A DNA stretch of 64,000 nt from Escherichia coli (GCF_013122565.1 NZ_CP053258.1), one strand, 5' to 3'; numbered from the stretch's first letter, positions 21,990 through 32,552 are shown. The notes: generated from the letters alone by a model not told the origin. A program made the numbers and translations.

Positions 21990-22300
21990 AGCAATAACAG
22001 CGTTACGGTGCACCACGCCTGACTGAAGAACTGCGTGCTCAGGGTTACCACTTCAACGTAAAACCGTGGCAGGAGGTCCGGACTGAAAAAACTGCTCAGG
22101 ACATTATCGGCAGGGTACGCACTGGTAGTCTGTAAACTGAACCGACTGGGGCGCAGTATGTGGCATCTTGTCGTGCTGTTGGAGGAGCTGTGCGGACGTG
22201 GTATTAACTTTCGTGCTCTGGCCCAATCTATATTTGCCCAACAATGGGGGGACGGAAGCTGTAAAAGTAAAATAATCTGCGATCTCAGATTTATTGAGTG
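21990..22300 (+). pseudogene. pinH: Frameshifted remnant of a Pin/Hin/Gin-family serine DNA invertase (pinH-like)
   Basis: One frame translates to [52 protein letters not shown], which aligns well with Pin/Gin …PGLKRALKRLQKGDTLVVWKLDRLGRSMKHLISLVGELRERGINFRSLTDSI…; upstream similarity continues only after a frameshift, and no N-terminal catalytic Ser region or C-terminal HTH is present. Confidence 0.55.
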
Positions 22301-22639
22301 ATTTTTATGTGAGCAGAAGATATTCATCAGAAACGATTATGTAAATCATTTTATTTTGCCGACTGCCTGATTGTCGAAAGAAAAGAATACGCCCGTGTTT
22401 CCTGAATAGATTGACTTTTTTATCCAACCACACTTCAGCGCACTGCGTTTAAAAAATGCCTCATTCTTATGCGGAATATCATCATTTCATCATGATGTCT
22501 TTGATGAGCGGTGAACACAATACACTTGCGCTGTCTCTTCAGGATGAATCCCCTGGTCTGGTGCCTGTGGGCTGATGTTGCAGCAAAGCTAAGGTCGCTT
22601 AAACGCTACTCAGTATTCACTTTTCAGAGGATGAAATTT

Positions 22640-25600
22640 ATGAACAGGACCAGTCCCTATTATTGTCGTCGCTCAGTACTTTCCTTATTGATATCTGCCT
22701 TGATATATGCCCCGCCCGGGATGGCTGCCTTCACTCCTGATGTTATTGGTGTGGTAAACGATGAGACTGTAGATGGCAGCCAACGAGTAGATGAACGAGG
22801 TACAACAAATAACACTCATATTATCAACCATGGCCAGCAGAATGTTTATGGCGGGGTATCTAATGGAAGTCTTATTGAATCTGGTGGATATCAAGATGTA
22901 GGAAGGCATAACAATTATGTGGGGCAGTCTAATAATACAACCATTAACGGGGGCAGACAGACAATTCATGACGGGGGTATTTCCACAGGTACGATAATCG
23001 AGAGTGGCAATCAGGACGTTTATACAGGTGGTATCAGCAATAGAACGACAATTAAGGGTGGTAATTCACACATAAGTGGGGGGACTGCGAATGGCACAAT
23101 CATTGATGGTGGCAGCCAACGAGTAACAACTCAGGGGCATGTCGACAGTACAACGATAAATAAGTCTGGCTCTCAGGACATCACGCAAGGAAGTCTGGCA
23201 ACGAACACCATCATAAATGGTGGTCGACAGTATGTTGAACAGAGCACAGTAGAAACAACCACCATTAAAAATGGCGGTGAGCAAAGAGTATATGAGAGCC
23301 GTGCGCTGGACACGACGATTGAAGGCGGAACTCAGTCTCTGAATAGTAAGTCAACGGCAAAAAATACGCAGATCTATTCTGGTGGCACGCAAATTGTTGA
23401 TAACACCAGCACCTCGGATGTTATTGAAGTTTATTCCGGTGGCGTGCTTGATGTTAGTGGTGGTACGGCAACAAATGTTACCCAGCACGATGGTGCAATT
23501 TTAAAAACTAACACTAACGGTACGACGGTGAGCGGTACGAATAGTGAAGGTGCATTCTCCATCCACAATCACGTGGCAGACAATGTGTTGCTGGAAAACG
23601 GTGGTCATTTAGACATAAACGCATATGGTTCGGCAAACAAGACGATTATTAAAGATAAAGGAACAATGTCAGTTTTAACCAATGCTAAAGCTGATGCGAC
23701 CCGAATAGATAATGGCGGGGTTATGGATGTTGCAGGAAACGCGACAAATACCATAATTAATGGTGGCACACAGAATATTAATAATTATGGCATAGCCACA
23801 GGCACCAATATCAACAGCGGAACGCAAAATATCAAAAGCGGCGGGAAAGCTGACACAACAATTATATCCTCCGGGAGCCGGCAGGTTGTTGAGAAAGATG
23901 GTACGGCAATTGGCAGCAATATTAGCGCCGGAGGCTCGCTGATTGTCTATACCGGCGGTATTGCACATGGGGTTAACCAGGAGACGGGCAGTGCTTTAGT
24001 TGCCAACACGGGTGCAGGGACTGATATCGAAGGATACAACAAGCTCTCTCACTTCACTATTACCGGAGGGGAGGCTAATTATGTTGTGCTGGAAAATACC
24101 GGCGAACTGACGGTAGTGGCTAAAACCTCGGCGAAAAATACTACCATTGATGCTGGCGGTAAGCTGATTGTCCAGAAGGAGGCTAAAACAGATAGCACCA
24201 GACTTAATAATGGCGGCGTTCTGGAGGTTCAGGATGGTGGTGAGGCTAAGCATGTTGAGCAACAATCCGGCGGCGCATTAATTGCTTCCACGACTTCCGG
24301 AACACTTATCGAAGGAATCAACAGTTATGGTGATGCTTTCTACATCAGGAATTCAGAAGCTAAAAATGTAGTGCTGGAAAACGCTGGCTCATTAACAGTC
24401 GTCACTGGTTCCCGGGCAGTTGATACGATTATTAATGCCAACGGCAAAATGGATGTTTATGGAAAAGATGTTGGCACTGTACTCAATAGTGCTGGCACCC
24501 AAACAATATATGCCAGTGCCACTTCTGATAAAGCAAATATCAAAGGTGGCAAGCAAACGGTATATGGTTTAGCCACTGAAGCAAATATCGAAAGTGGTGA
24601 ACAAATTGTTGATGGTGGGTCAACAGACAAAACGCACATCAATGGCGGTACGCAAACCGTTCAGAATTATGGTAAGGCAATCAATACCGATATCGTCTCT
24701 GGCCTACAACAAATTATGGCAAACGGGACAGCGGAAGGTTCCATTATTAATGGCGGTTCACAGGTAGTTAATGAGGGCGGTCTGGCTGAAAATTCGGTGC
24801 TTAATGACGGCGGCATACTCGATGTGCGGGAGAAAGGCAGCGCAACGGGGATACAGCAGAGTAGCCAGGGCGCTTTGGTTGCAACCACCAGGGCGACGCG
24901 GGTCAAAGGAACACGCGCGGATGGCGTCGCGTTCAGCATCGAGCAGGGTGCGGCGAACAATATCCTGCTGGCAAATGGCGGCGTGTTAACCGTGGAGTCA
25001 GACACCTCTTCTGACAAAACACAGGTCAAGACGGGCGGACGGGAGATCGTCAAAACAAAAGCCACTGCGACAGGCACGACGCTCACCGGCGGTGAACAAA
25101 TTGTCGAGGGTGTGGCGAATGAGACAACAATTAACGACGGCGGAATACAAACAGTTTCAGCTAACGGAGAGGCAATAAAAACAAAGATCAATGAAGGCGG
25201 TACGCTGACAGTCAACGATAATGGCAAAGCGACAGATATCGTCCAGAACAGCGGTGCCGCTCTCCAGACGAGCACGGCTAACGGTATTGAAATCAGCGGT
25301 ACTCACCAGTACGGCACTTTTTCCATTGTCGGCAATTTAGCGACCAATATGTTGCTGGAAAATGGCGGTAATTTATTGGTATTAGCAGGTACCGAAGCTC
25401 GCGACTCCACGGTTGGCAAGGGTGGGGCAATGCAAAACCTGGGTCAGGACTCCGCTACAAAGGTTAACTCTGGCGGGCAATATACCCTTGGGCGGTCAAA
25501 AGATGAGTTTCAGCCTCTGGCCCGGGCAGAAGATCTCCAGGTCGCTGGCGGTACGGCAATCGTCTACGCAGGTACGCTGGCGGATGCATCGGTCAGTGGC

Positions 25601-27220
25601 GCGACAGGAAGCCTGTCGTTAATGACGCCACGGGATAATGTTACGCCAGTTAAACTCGAAGGGGCGGTCCGGATTACCGATAGCGCGACATTAACTCTGG
25701 GAAATGGCGTCGATACAACGCTTGCCGACCTGACGGCTGCCAGCCGGGGCAGTGTCTGGCTTAACAGCAATAATTCCTGTGCAGGTACCAGCAACTGCGA
25801 ATATAGAGTAAACAGTTTGCTACTCAACGACGGTGATGTTTATTTATCAGCACAAACAGCTGCGCCTGCCACAACTAACGGTATCTACAATACGCTGACA
25901 ACCAATGAACTTTCCGGTAGCGGTAATTTCTACCTGCATACCAACGTTGCTGGCTCCCGCGGTGATCAACTGGTCGTCAGCAACAACGCCACTGGTAATT
26001 TTAAAATCTTTGTTCAGGATACCGGCGTCAGCCCTCAGTCTGACGATGCGATGACGCTGGTGAAAACAGGGGGAGGGGATGCGTCGTTTACGCTGGGCAA
26101 TACCGGCGGTTTCGTTGATCTTGGGACCTATGAGTATGTCCTGAAAAGCGACGGCAACAGCAACTGGAACCTGACCAATGATGTCAAACCCAACCCGGAC
26201 CCCAACCCAAATCCAAAGCCAGACCCAAAACCCGATCCAACGCCAGACCCAAATCCAAAACCAGACCCGACTCCCGAGCCAACGCCGACACCCGTTCCGG
26301 AGAAACGCATTACGCCTTCTACGGCAGCCGTACTCAATATGGCAGCAACATTACCGTTGGTATTTGATGCTGAGCTAAACAGTATTCGCGAGCGGTTGAA
26401 CATAATGAAAGCGAGTCCACACAACAATAATGTCTGGGGGGCGACGTATAACACCCGTAATAATGTCACCACCGATGCGGGGGCTGGGTTTGAGCAGACG
26501 CTGACCGGAATGACAGTGGGGATCGACAGTCGTAATGATATTCCTGAAGGGATTGCCACGCTGGGCGCTTTTATGGGCTATTCACATTCACATATCGGTT
26601 TTGATCGCGGAGGACATGGCAGTGTGGGCAGTTATTCTCTGGGCGGCTATGCCAGTTGGGAACATGAAAGTGGTTTTTATCTGGACGGTGTCGTGAAGCT
26701 GAACCGTTTTGAAAGTAACGTAGCCGGTAAAATGAGCAGCGGTGGAGCCGCCAACGGCAGTTATCGCAGCAACGGGCTGGGCGGTCACATTGAAACCGGG
26801 ATGCGATTTACCGATGGTAACTGGAACCTGACGCCGTATGCATCGTTAACGGGGTTCACCGCTGATAACCCCGAATATCATTTATCCAATGGCATGGAAT
26901 CGAAATCAGTCGATACTCGCAGTATATATCGCGAACTGGGCGCAACGCTGAGTTACAACATGCGTCTGGGGAACGGTATGGAAATTGAGCCGTGGCTGAA
27001 GGCGGCTGTACGCAAAGAATTTGTCGATGATAACCGGGTGAAGGTGAATAATGACGGTAATTTCGTCAATGATTTGTCGGGCAGACGTGGAATATACCAG
27101 GCAGGTATTAAAGCCTCATTCAGCAGTACGTTAAGCGGGCATCTCGGGGTGGGGTATAGCCATGGTGCCGGTGTGGAATCACCGTGGAACGCGGTAGCTG
27201 GTGTGAACTGGTCGTTCTGA
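22640..27220 (+). CDS. ypjA: AIDA-I/YpjA-type autotransporter adhesin (type Va secretion)
   Basis: Track ORF 22511..27220; start placed at MNRTSPYYCRRSVLSLLISALIYAPPGMAA (extended signal peptide, SD agagga upstream) giving 1526 aa. Long passenger with ~19-residue degenerate repeats (…T.INGG.Q.V…GG…), Pro-rich linker KPNPDPNPNPKPDPKPDPTPDPNPKPDPTPEPTPTPVP, C-terminal beta-barrel ending …GVNWSF. Confidence 0.9.
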   Translation: MNRTSPYYCRRSVLSLLISALIYAPPGMAAFTPDVIGVVNDETVDGSQRVDERGTTNNTHIINHGQQNVYGGVSNGSLIESGGYQDVGRHNNYVGQSNNTTINGGRQTIHDGGISTGTIIESGNQDVYTGGISNRTTIKGGNSHISGGTANGTIIDGGSQRVTTQGHVDSTTINKSGSQDITQGSLATNTIINGGRQYVEQSTVETTTIKNGGEQRVYESRALDTTIEGGTQSLNSKSTAKNTQIYSGGTQIVDNTSTSDVIEVYSGGVLDVSGGTATNVTQHDGAILKTNTNGTTVSGTNSEGAFSIHNHVADNVLLENGGHLDINAYGSANKTIIKDKGTMSVLTNAKADATRIDNGGVMDVAGNATNTIINGGTQNINNYGIATGTNINSGTQNIKSGGKADTTIISSGSRQVVEKDGTAIGSNISAGGSLIVYTGGIAHGVNQETGSALVANTGAGTDIEGYNKLSHFTITGGEANYVVLENTGELTVVAKTSAKNTTIDAGGKLIVQKEAKTDSTRLNNGGVLEVQDGGEAKHVEQQSGGALIASTTSGTLIEGINSYGDAFYIRNSEAKNVVLENAGSLTVVTGSRAVDTIINANGKMDVYGKDVGTVLNSAGTQTIYASATSDKANIKGGKQTVYGLATEANIESGEQIVDGGSTDKTHINGGTQTVQNYGKAINTDIVSGLQQIMANGTAEGSIINGGSQVVNEGGLAENSVLNDGGILDVREKGSATGIQQSSQGALVATTRATRVKGTRADGVAFSIEQGAANNILLANGGVLTVESDTSSDKTQVKTGGREIVKTKATATGTTLTGGEQIVEGVANETTINDGGIQTVSANGEAIKTKINEGGTLTVNDNGKATDIVQNSGAALQTSTANGIEISGTHQYGTFSIVGNLATNMLLENGGNLLVLAGTEARDSTVGKGGAMQNLGQDSATKVNSGGQYTLGRSKDEFQPLARAEDLQVAGGTAIVYAGTLADASVSGATGSLSLMTPRDNVTPVKLEGAVRITDSATLTLGNGVDTTLADLTAASRGSVWLNSNNSCAGTSNCEYRVNSLLLNDGDVYLSAQTAAPATTNGIYNTLTTNELSGSGNFYLHTNVAGSRGDQLVVSNNATGNFKIFVQDTGVSPQSDDAMTLVKTGGGDASFTLGNTGGFVDLGTYEYVLKSDGNSNWNLTNDVKPNPDPNPNPKPDPKPDPTPDPNPKPDPTPEPTPTPVPEKRITPSTAAVLNMAATLPLVFDAELNSIRERLNIMKASPHNNNVWGATYNTRNNVTTDAGAGFEQTLTGMTVGIDSRNDIPEGIATLGAFMGYSHSHIGFDRGGHGSVGSYSLGGYASWEHESGFYLDGVVKLNRFESNVAGKMSSGGAANGSYRSNGLGGHIETGMRFTDGNWNLTPYASLTGFTADNPEYHLSNGMESKSVDTRSIYRELGATLSYNMRLGNGMEIEPWLKAAVRKEFVDDNRVKVNNDGNFVNDLSGRRGIYQAGIKASFSSTLSGHLGVGYSHGAGVESPWNAVAGVNWSF

Positions 27221-27232
27221 CCATCAACGAAA

Positions 27233-27255
27233 AAGCCCACATCTGTGGGCTTTCA
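27233..27255 (+). terminator. Putative intrinsic terminator after ypjA
   Basis: aaaaagcccacatctgtgggctttc: GC stem gcccac/gtgggc followed by a short T tract. Confidence 0.45.
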
Positions 27256-27380
27256 TGTTACCAGGAGCCGCGGCTCCTTTGCGTATCCTTTTTTGTCTCC
27301 TCACCGTCTGGTCGGTGTCCTGCTGAGACTGCTAACTTCCTGTTTTTGTTGGTGTTGTCCTTACACCGTCCAATCATGAT

Positions 27381-27743
27381 TGGTGGAGCTGGCGGGAGTT
27401 GAACCCGCGTCCGAAATTCCTACATCCTCGGTACTACATGCTTAGTCAGTCTTTACATTCGCTTGCCAGCTGCGGACGGACACGCCACTAACAAACTAGC
27501 CTGATTAAGTTTTAACGCTTCAACCCCAGGCAGGGCTTCCACGCGATCTCTTTTGGGTTTGACCTCTCTTGATCCCCGTCCTAAGAGCGGAGGCTAGGGA
27601 GAGAGGGCTCTAAGCAGGTTATTAAGCTGCTAAAGCGTAGTTTTCGTCGTTTGCGACTATTTTTTGCGGCTTTTTACGAGGCCAACCGCCCCTCGGCATG
27701 CACCTTGGGTTTCGCAAATCCCGTCGAATCCAGAATCAGCCCC
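27381..27743 (-). ncRNA. ssrA: tmRNA (SsrA), 363 nt
   Basis: Reverse complement reads GGGGCTGATTCTGGATTCGACGGGATTTGCGAAACCCAAGGTGCATGCCGAGG … and contains the tag reading frame GCAAACGACGAAAACTACGCTTTAGCAGCTTAA (ANDENYALAA*) and the tRNA-like 3' end …GGGTTCAACTCCCGCCAGCTCCACCA. Confidence 0.96.
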
Positions 27744-27957
27744 AATGTGTAACGGCAAGTATACCAGATTTATGAGCGCCATGACCAGCCTCAATGGCGT
27801 TATCGTTAAAGATTTAGCACCCATGTAGCCTGATTTTTATTCGATTAAGCAATGGAATGGCAACATTTGTGTCGGATGTGATAACCAATAAGATGTTCAT
27901 TCGCGCCGCCGGAGAGGGAGGCGCGGTGAGGAACTGGTCAATAATTGGAGTGCAGGT

Positions 27958-28440
27958 TTAACGGTGGGCGTTTTTCATGATACGCGCTTTATCCACCTGC
28001 CATTCGCGCTCTTTGATATCTGAACGTTTATCATGCTGTTTCTTACCTTTGGCGACGCCGATTTTCACTTTGCACCAGGCATTTTTCCAGTACAGGGAAA
28101 GCGCCACTACGGTATAGCCTTCTCGATTGACGCGACCGTACAATGAGTCCAGTTCGCGCTGGTTGAGAAGTAACTTGCGGGTACGGGTAGGATCGCACAC
28201 CACATGCGTGGAGGCCACGGCCATTGGCGTGATGTTAGCGCCAAACAGAAATGCCTCTCCGTCACGCAGAAGGACGTAGCTGTCGCTGATATTGGCTTTT
28301 CCTGCGCGCAGGGATTTAACCTCCCAGCCTTGCAGGGCAAGTCCCGCTTCGAACTCTTCTTCGATAAAGTATTCGTGACGGGCGCGCTTGTTAAGCGCGA
28401 TGGTCGCTGAACCAGGTTTATGTGCTTTTTTCTTCGTCAT
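27958..28440 (-). CDS. smpB: SsrA-binding protein SmpB
   Basis: 160-aa [31 protein letters not shown]…; adjacent to ssrA. Confidence 0.95.
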
Positions 28441-28571
28441 AAGCGTCGTGAATCATCGGTAATCTGAAATCGAAAACACCCCATATCAATCCTGCGGGGG
28501 ACAAGGCTCTATCTTAGCATGAACCCGATGTTACCCAGCGCAGGGATAGCGTTTTTTTTACAGCAGGATAA

Positions 28572-29048
28572 ATGATATTATTTGTTGGATTTTTGTTGAT
28601 GGAAATTGTTATGCCTCAGATTAGCCGGACCGCACTGGTACCCTACAGCGCGGAGCAAATGTATCAGTTAGTGAATGACGTTCAGTCTTATCCTCAGTTT
28701 TTGCCGGGTTGTACCGGAAGTCGGATTCTGGAGTCCACTCCTGGGCAGATGACTGCGGCGGTAGATGTCTCTAAGGCTGGGATCAGCAAAACGTTTACTA
28801 CCCGCAACCAGTTGACCAGTAACCAAAGTATTCTTATGAATCTGGTGGATGGGCCGTTCAAGAAATTGATTGGTGGATGGAAGTTTACGCCGCTGAGCCA
28901 GGAGGCGTGTCGTATCGAGTTTCATCTCGACTTTGAGTTTACCAATAAGTTGATTGAACTCGCCTTTGGTCGCGTGTTTAAAGAGCTGGCGGCTAATATG
29001 GTCCAGGCTTTTACGGTTCGTGCGAAAGAGGTTTATAGTGCCAGGTAA
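28572..29048 (+). CDS. ratA: Ribosome-association toxin RatA (YfjG), SRPBCC family
   Basis: 158-aa ORF, synteny smpB / ratA / ratB / bamE. Confidence 0.82.
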   Translation: MILFVGFLLMEIVMPQISRTALVPYSAEQMYQLVNDVQSYPQFLPGCTGSRILESTPGQMTAAVDVSKAGISKTFTTRNQLTSNQSILMNLVDGPFKKLIGGWKFTPLSQEACRIEFHLDFEFTNKLIELAFGRVFKELAANMVQAFTVRAKEVYSAR

Positions 29049-29328
29049 AATTGCCGTTGAGGTGGCTTATGCGCTACCTGAGAAGCAGTACATGCAGCGT
29101 GTGACGCTGCAGGAGGGTGCGACGGTTGAAGAAGCTATTCGCGCCAGTGGCTTGCTGGAATTGCGTACCGATATCGATTTAACTAAAAACAAAGTCGGCA
29201 TTTACAGCCGTCCGGCAAAACTAAGCGATAGTGTGCATGATGGCGATCGGGTGGAGATTTATCGCCCTCTCATTGCCGATCCGAAAGAGCTTCGCAGGCA
29301 ACGAGCAGAAAAATCAGCGAATAAATAA
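29038..29328 (+). CDS. ratB: RnfH-family protein RatB (YfjF)
   Basis: Frame read from GTG at 29038 gives [39 protein letters not shown]… (96 aa); overlaps ratA 3' end by 11 nt. Confidence 0.8.
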   Translation: MPGKIAVEVAYALPEKQYMQRVTLQEGATVEEAIRASGLLELRTDIDLTKNKVGIYSRPAKLSDSVHDGDRVEIYRPLIADPKELRRQRAEKSANK

Positions 29329-29389
29329 CGGACAGAAAAAAGGTGCTCATTGAGCACCTTTTTTAACGTCTTTGAGAGCAACTTTATTA

Positions 29390-29731
29390 TTAGTTACCAC
29401 TCAGCGCAGGTTTGTTATCAATATTGGTCAACACACCGCTACTGTTAAAGGTCAGCGTCAGCGTTTGCTGCGTTACACCTTCATGACCTGGTTGCTGGCG
29501 GAAGACATAGAACCAGGTATTCGTACCAAATGGATCGGACATCAGCGGTGTACCCAATGCGTACGCAACTTGTTGTTGCGTCATGCCAACACGTATTTTG
29601 GATACGTCGTTAGCGGTCAGATAGTTCCCCTGGTTGATGTCAGGACGGTAAACCACTCGCTCCAGAGTGGAACAGCCTGCGGTCAACATCAATAGTACTG
29701 CTGCTGCAGCAGTCAGCGTTTTACAGCGCAT
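29390..29731 (-). CDS. bamE: Outer-membrane protein assembly factor BamE (SmpA) lipoprotein
   Basis: 113-aa ORF with lipobox LTAGC and BamE-type sequence. Confidence 0.9.
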
Positions 29732-29879
29732 AGTGATTTGATTCCTTTTCGGGCCCGAGCAGTACGTGGCTCATCTGTAATATGCCGATGATAATAGACC
29801 TTTCATCACTTTAAAACCTTTTGCTTTCCGGTCCTACGGCGTTTTGCTGTTTACTCTGACCGTGAAGCAGGAAAAAAGT

Positions 29880-31541
29880 TTACGCCGCAAGCAGTTCTTT
29901 CGCATTCGCCAGTGTGTTACGTGTGACTTCGCTGCCACCAAGCAGGCGCGCCAGCTCTTGTAACCGCGCTTTTTTATCCAGGGATTGCATATGCGTTTCT
30001 GTCATCGCACCATCGGTTTCTTTGCTGACAAAATAGTGTTGATGACCACATCCCGCGACTTGTGGCAGGTGGGTAACACACATCACCTGAGTTGATTCGC
30101 CGAGTTGACGCAGCAGTTTGCCGACAACTGCCGCTGTTGGACCGCTAATCCCTACATCCACTTCATCAAAAATCAGTGCCGGGGTTTCCATTTTACGCGC
30201 CGTGATGACCTGAATTGCCAGTGCGATGCGTGACAATTCACCACCGGATGCGACTTTGGCAATAGGCTGCATTGGCTGACCTGGGTTGGTGGTTACCCGA
30301 AACTCAATACGATCGGCACCGTCAGCGCCCAGGTGATGCTCGTCAAATTTAACATCGATCGTAAACTGCCCATGCGGCATTGAGAGTGCATGCATACTGT
30401 CGGTGATCAGCAGTGCAAGTTCTTCTGCATACTGCTGGCGTTGCTGGTGTAATGCGCGCGCGGTTTCCAGTGCCTGCTGATGATGTTTCGTTACCGCCAG
30501 CGCGAGCGTTTCTTGTGAGTCGGCCTGATCGTCCAGTTGCTGCTGTTCTTCCAGTAGCGACTGGTAATACTGTGGCAATGCCTCAGGGCTGACGTGATGT
30601 TTACGTGCCAGCGAAATCTGTTTTGAGATGCGCTGTTCAAGTTCAAACAGTCGGTTGGGATCGAGATCCAGACGATCGCAGTAGTGGCGCAGTTCATCGC
30701 TGGCTTCAGCAATCTGGATGGTAGCTTCTTCCAGCATATCAAGTACGCCGGACAGTTTGCTGTCCATGCCAATCAATTCGCTCACCAGTTGTTTAGCCGT
30801 GTAAAGCTGACTTTGCAGGTTTGCGTCTTCACCGTCGGCCATTAATGCCAATGCATTCTGGCTGGTGGTCAGCAATTGACCGCTGTTCGCCAGACGTTTG
30901 TACTCTTCGTCGATTTGCTCAAACTCTCCGGGCTGCGGATTAAATTCGTTAAGTTCTTTTAATTGGTATTGCAGCAGTTCTGCACGGGCGGCGCGTTCCT
31001 GACTTAACTGTTGATGATGCGCGAGGTCGCGGCAGCTTTGATGCCACAATTGATAACGTGCGGTCATTTCCTGAAGCAGAGAGGTTTCATTGGCATAGCC
31101 ATCAAGCAGGAATTTTTGGTGCTCGGGTTTGGTGAGTAATTGATGAGCGTGCTGACCATGGATCTGAATCAGCAACTGACCCAGTTCGCGCAGTTGTGAC
31201 AGAGGAACAGCTGTACCGTTGATGAAACCACGGGAGCGACCATCACTGCTGATCACGCGACGAAGCAAACATTCATGCCCGTCTTCAAGCTGGTTTTCTT
31301 CCAGCCAGCGCAGGGCCGCTGGCGTATCTTTCAGAGAAAAACGGGCGCACAGGTCAGCGCGAGCAGCGCCGGTACGCACCATGTCGGCTTCAGCGCGACC
31401 ACCGAGACACAGACCGAGGGCATCTATTGCAATAGATTTACCCGCGCCGGTCTCGCCAGTTATTACGGTCATGCCGCTATGAAAATCAATCTCAAGCTCA
31501 CGAACGATAGCAAAGTTGCTGATGGTCAGTTGTGCCAACAT
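29880..31541 (-). CDS. recN: DNA repair protein RecN (SMC-like ATPase)
   Basis: 553-aa ORF; Walker A GETGAGKS near N-terminus; coiled-coil middle; LexA boxes upstream. Confidence 0.95.
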   Translation of the reverse strand: MLAQLTISNFAIVRELEIDFHSGMTVITGETGAGKSIAIDALGLCLGGRAEADMVRTGAARADLCARFSLKDTPAALRWLEENQLEDGHECLLRRVISSDGRSRGFINGTAVPLSQLRELGQLLIQIHGQHAHQLLTKPEHQKFLLDGYANETSLLQEMTARYQLWHQSCRDLAHHQQLSQERAARAELLQYQLKELNEFNPQPGEFEQIDEEYKRLANSGQLLTTSQNALALMADGEDANLQSQLYTAKQLVSELIGMDSKLSGVLDMLEEATIQIAEASDELRHYCDRLDLDPNRLFELEQRISKQISLARKHHVSPEALPQYYQSLLEEQQQLDDQADSQETLALAVTKHHQQALETARALHQQRQQYAEELALLITDSMHALSMPHGQFTIDVKFDEHHLGADGADRIEFRVTTNPGQPMQPIAKVASGGELSRIALAIQVITARKMETPALIFDEVDVGISGPTAAVVGKLLRQLGESTQVMCVTHLPQVAGCGHQHYFVSKETDGAMTETHMQSLDKKARLQELARLLGGSEVTRNTLANAKELLAA

Positions 31542-31567
31542 AGTTGTTTTCCTGTATGAAAAACCAT

Positions 31568-31609
31568 TACTGTTATTGTGTACAGTATAAACTGGTTTTA
31601 TATACAGTA
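31568..31609. promoter_or_regulatory. Two LexA (SOS) boxes in recN promoter
   Basis: tactgttattgtgtacagta (31568-31587; CTGT-N8-ACAG) and aactggttttatatacagta (31590-31609; CTGG-N8-ACAG), 27-60 bp upstream of the recN start. Confidence 0.75.
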
Positions 31610-31626
31610 AAGAGGCTGGCGTAAAA

Positions 31627-32505
31627 TTAGAATAATTTTTTTGACCAGCCGAGCTTGGTGCTTAATGTGTTGAAATAACTGTAATCTTTCGGATGAATCA
31701 GATTCAGATGGTAATCACAGCGACGAATCAGGACATCTTCACCTTCCTGAATCGGCAGTGCTATCTGGCTGTCGCAACTGATTTCCAGGTCGTTACGGCG
31801 ATGCGAAAAACGCAGACGGATCGTGCTGCTGCTGTTTATGACCAGTGGTCGTGCTGACAACGTATGCGGGAACATGGGCACCAGGGTAATCGCATCCAGA
31901 GAGGGTGTCAGAATAGGACCGCCCGCAGAGAGGGAATAGGCGGTGGAGCCTGTTGGTGTCGAAATAATCAGGCCATCGGAACGCTGAGAAAACGCAAAGA
32001 TCTCGTCGATATACACTTCGAACTCAATCATATGCGCCACTTTGCCTGGATGAAGTACCACTTCATTTATCGCGGTGCTGATGCGCTTTTGGCAATCTTG
32101 CTGACAGACTTGCGCTTCCAGCAAAAAACGTTTTTCGCTGATGTAGTGACCTTCCAGCACATCGGCTAATTGTTGCTGGGCGTTATCGGGGTCAAGGTCA
32201 GTCAGGAAACCCAGGTTGCCACGGTTGATTCCAATAACTTTAATATCGTAGCGTGCGAGCGTGCGCGCCGCGCCCAGCATATTACCGTCGCCGCCAACGA
32301 CTACCGCGAGATCAGCCAGTTGCCCAATCTCCGCGAGCGTGCCAGTTTTCACATTCTTCAGTTGCAGTTCGTGAGCGATTTGTTGCTCAACGATGACCTC
32401 GTAACCTTTTGTGCACAGCCAGCGGTAGAGCATTTCATGTGTTGTCAGTGCAGTAGGGTGCCGTGGGTGTCCCACAATGCCAATACACTTGAAATGATTA
32501 TTCAT
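31627..32505 (-). CDS. nadK: NAD kinase
   Basis: 292-aa ORF with GGDG motif (…[14 protein letters not shown]…). Confidence 0.92.
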
Positions 32506-32552
32506 TTTTCCGAGGTCCTTGTTGCGAAGATTGATGACAATGTGAGTGCTTC

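Noticed and set aside
22000-22110. Apparent IS3-family transposase OrfB-like peptide ([19 protein letters not shown])
   Set aside because: Similarity is short and does not extend; the adjacent frame gives a much longer and more convincing match to serine invertases, so the segment is better explained as a frameshifted invertase than as an IS fragment.
21959-22327. 122-aa minus-strand ORF
   Set aside because: Antisense to the invertase remnant; the plus-strand frame carries the recognisable Pin-like similarity.
24667-25275. 202-aa minus-strand ORF, plus several other minus-strand ORFs between 22.6 and 27.2 kb
   Set aside because: All lie antisense within the autotransporter gene; repetitive Gly/Thr-rich coding sequence generates long open antisense frames. 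Translations are low-complexity (Pro/Ser/Val-rich) with no start-site support.
27221-27960. Expected P4-like integrase / CP4-57-type prophage at the ssrA 3' end
   Set aside because: No integrase ORF or phage gene is present; ssrA is flanked directly by ypjA on one side and smpB on the other.
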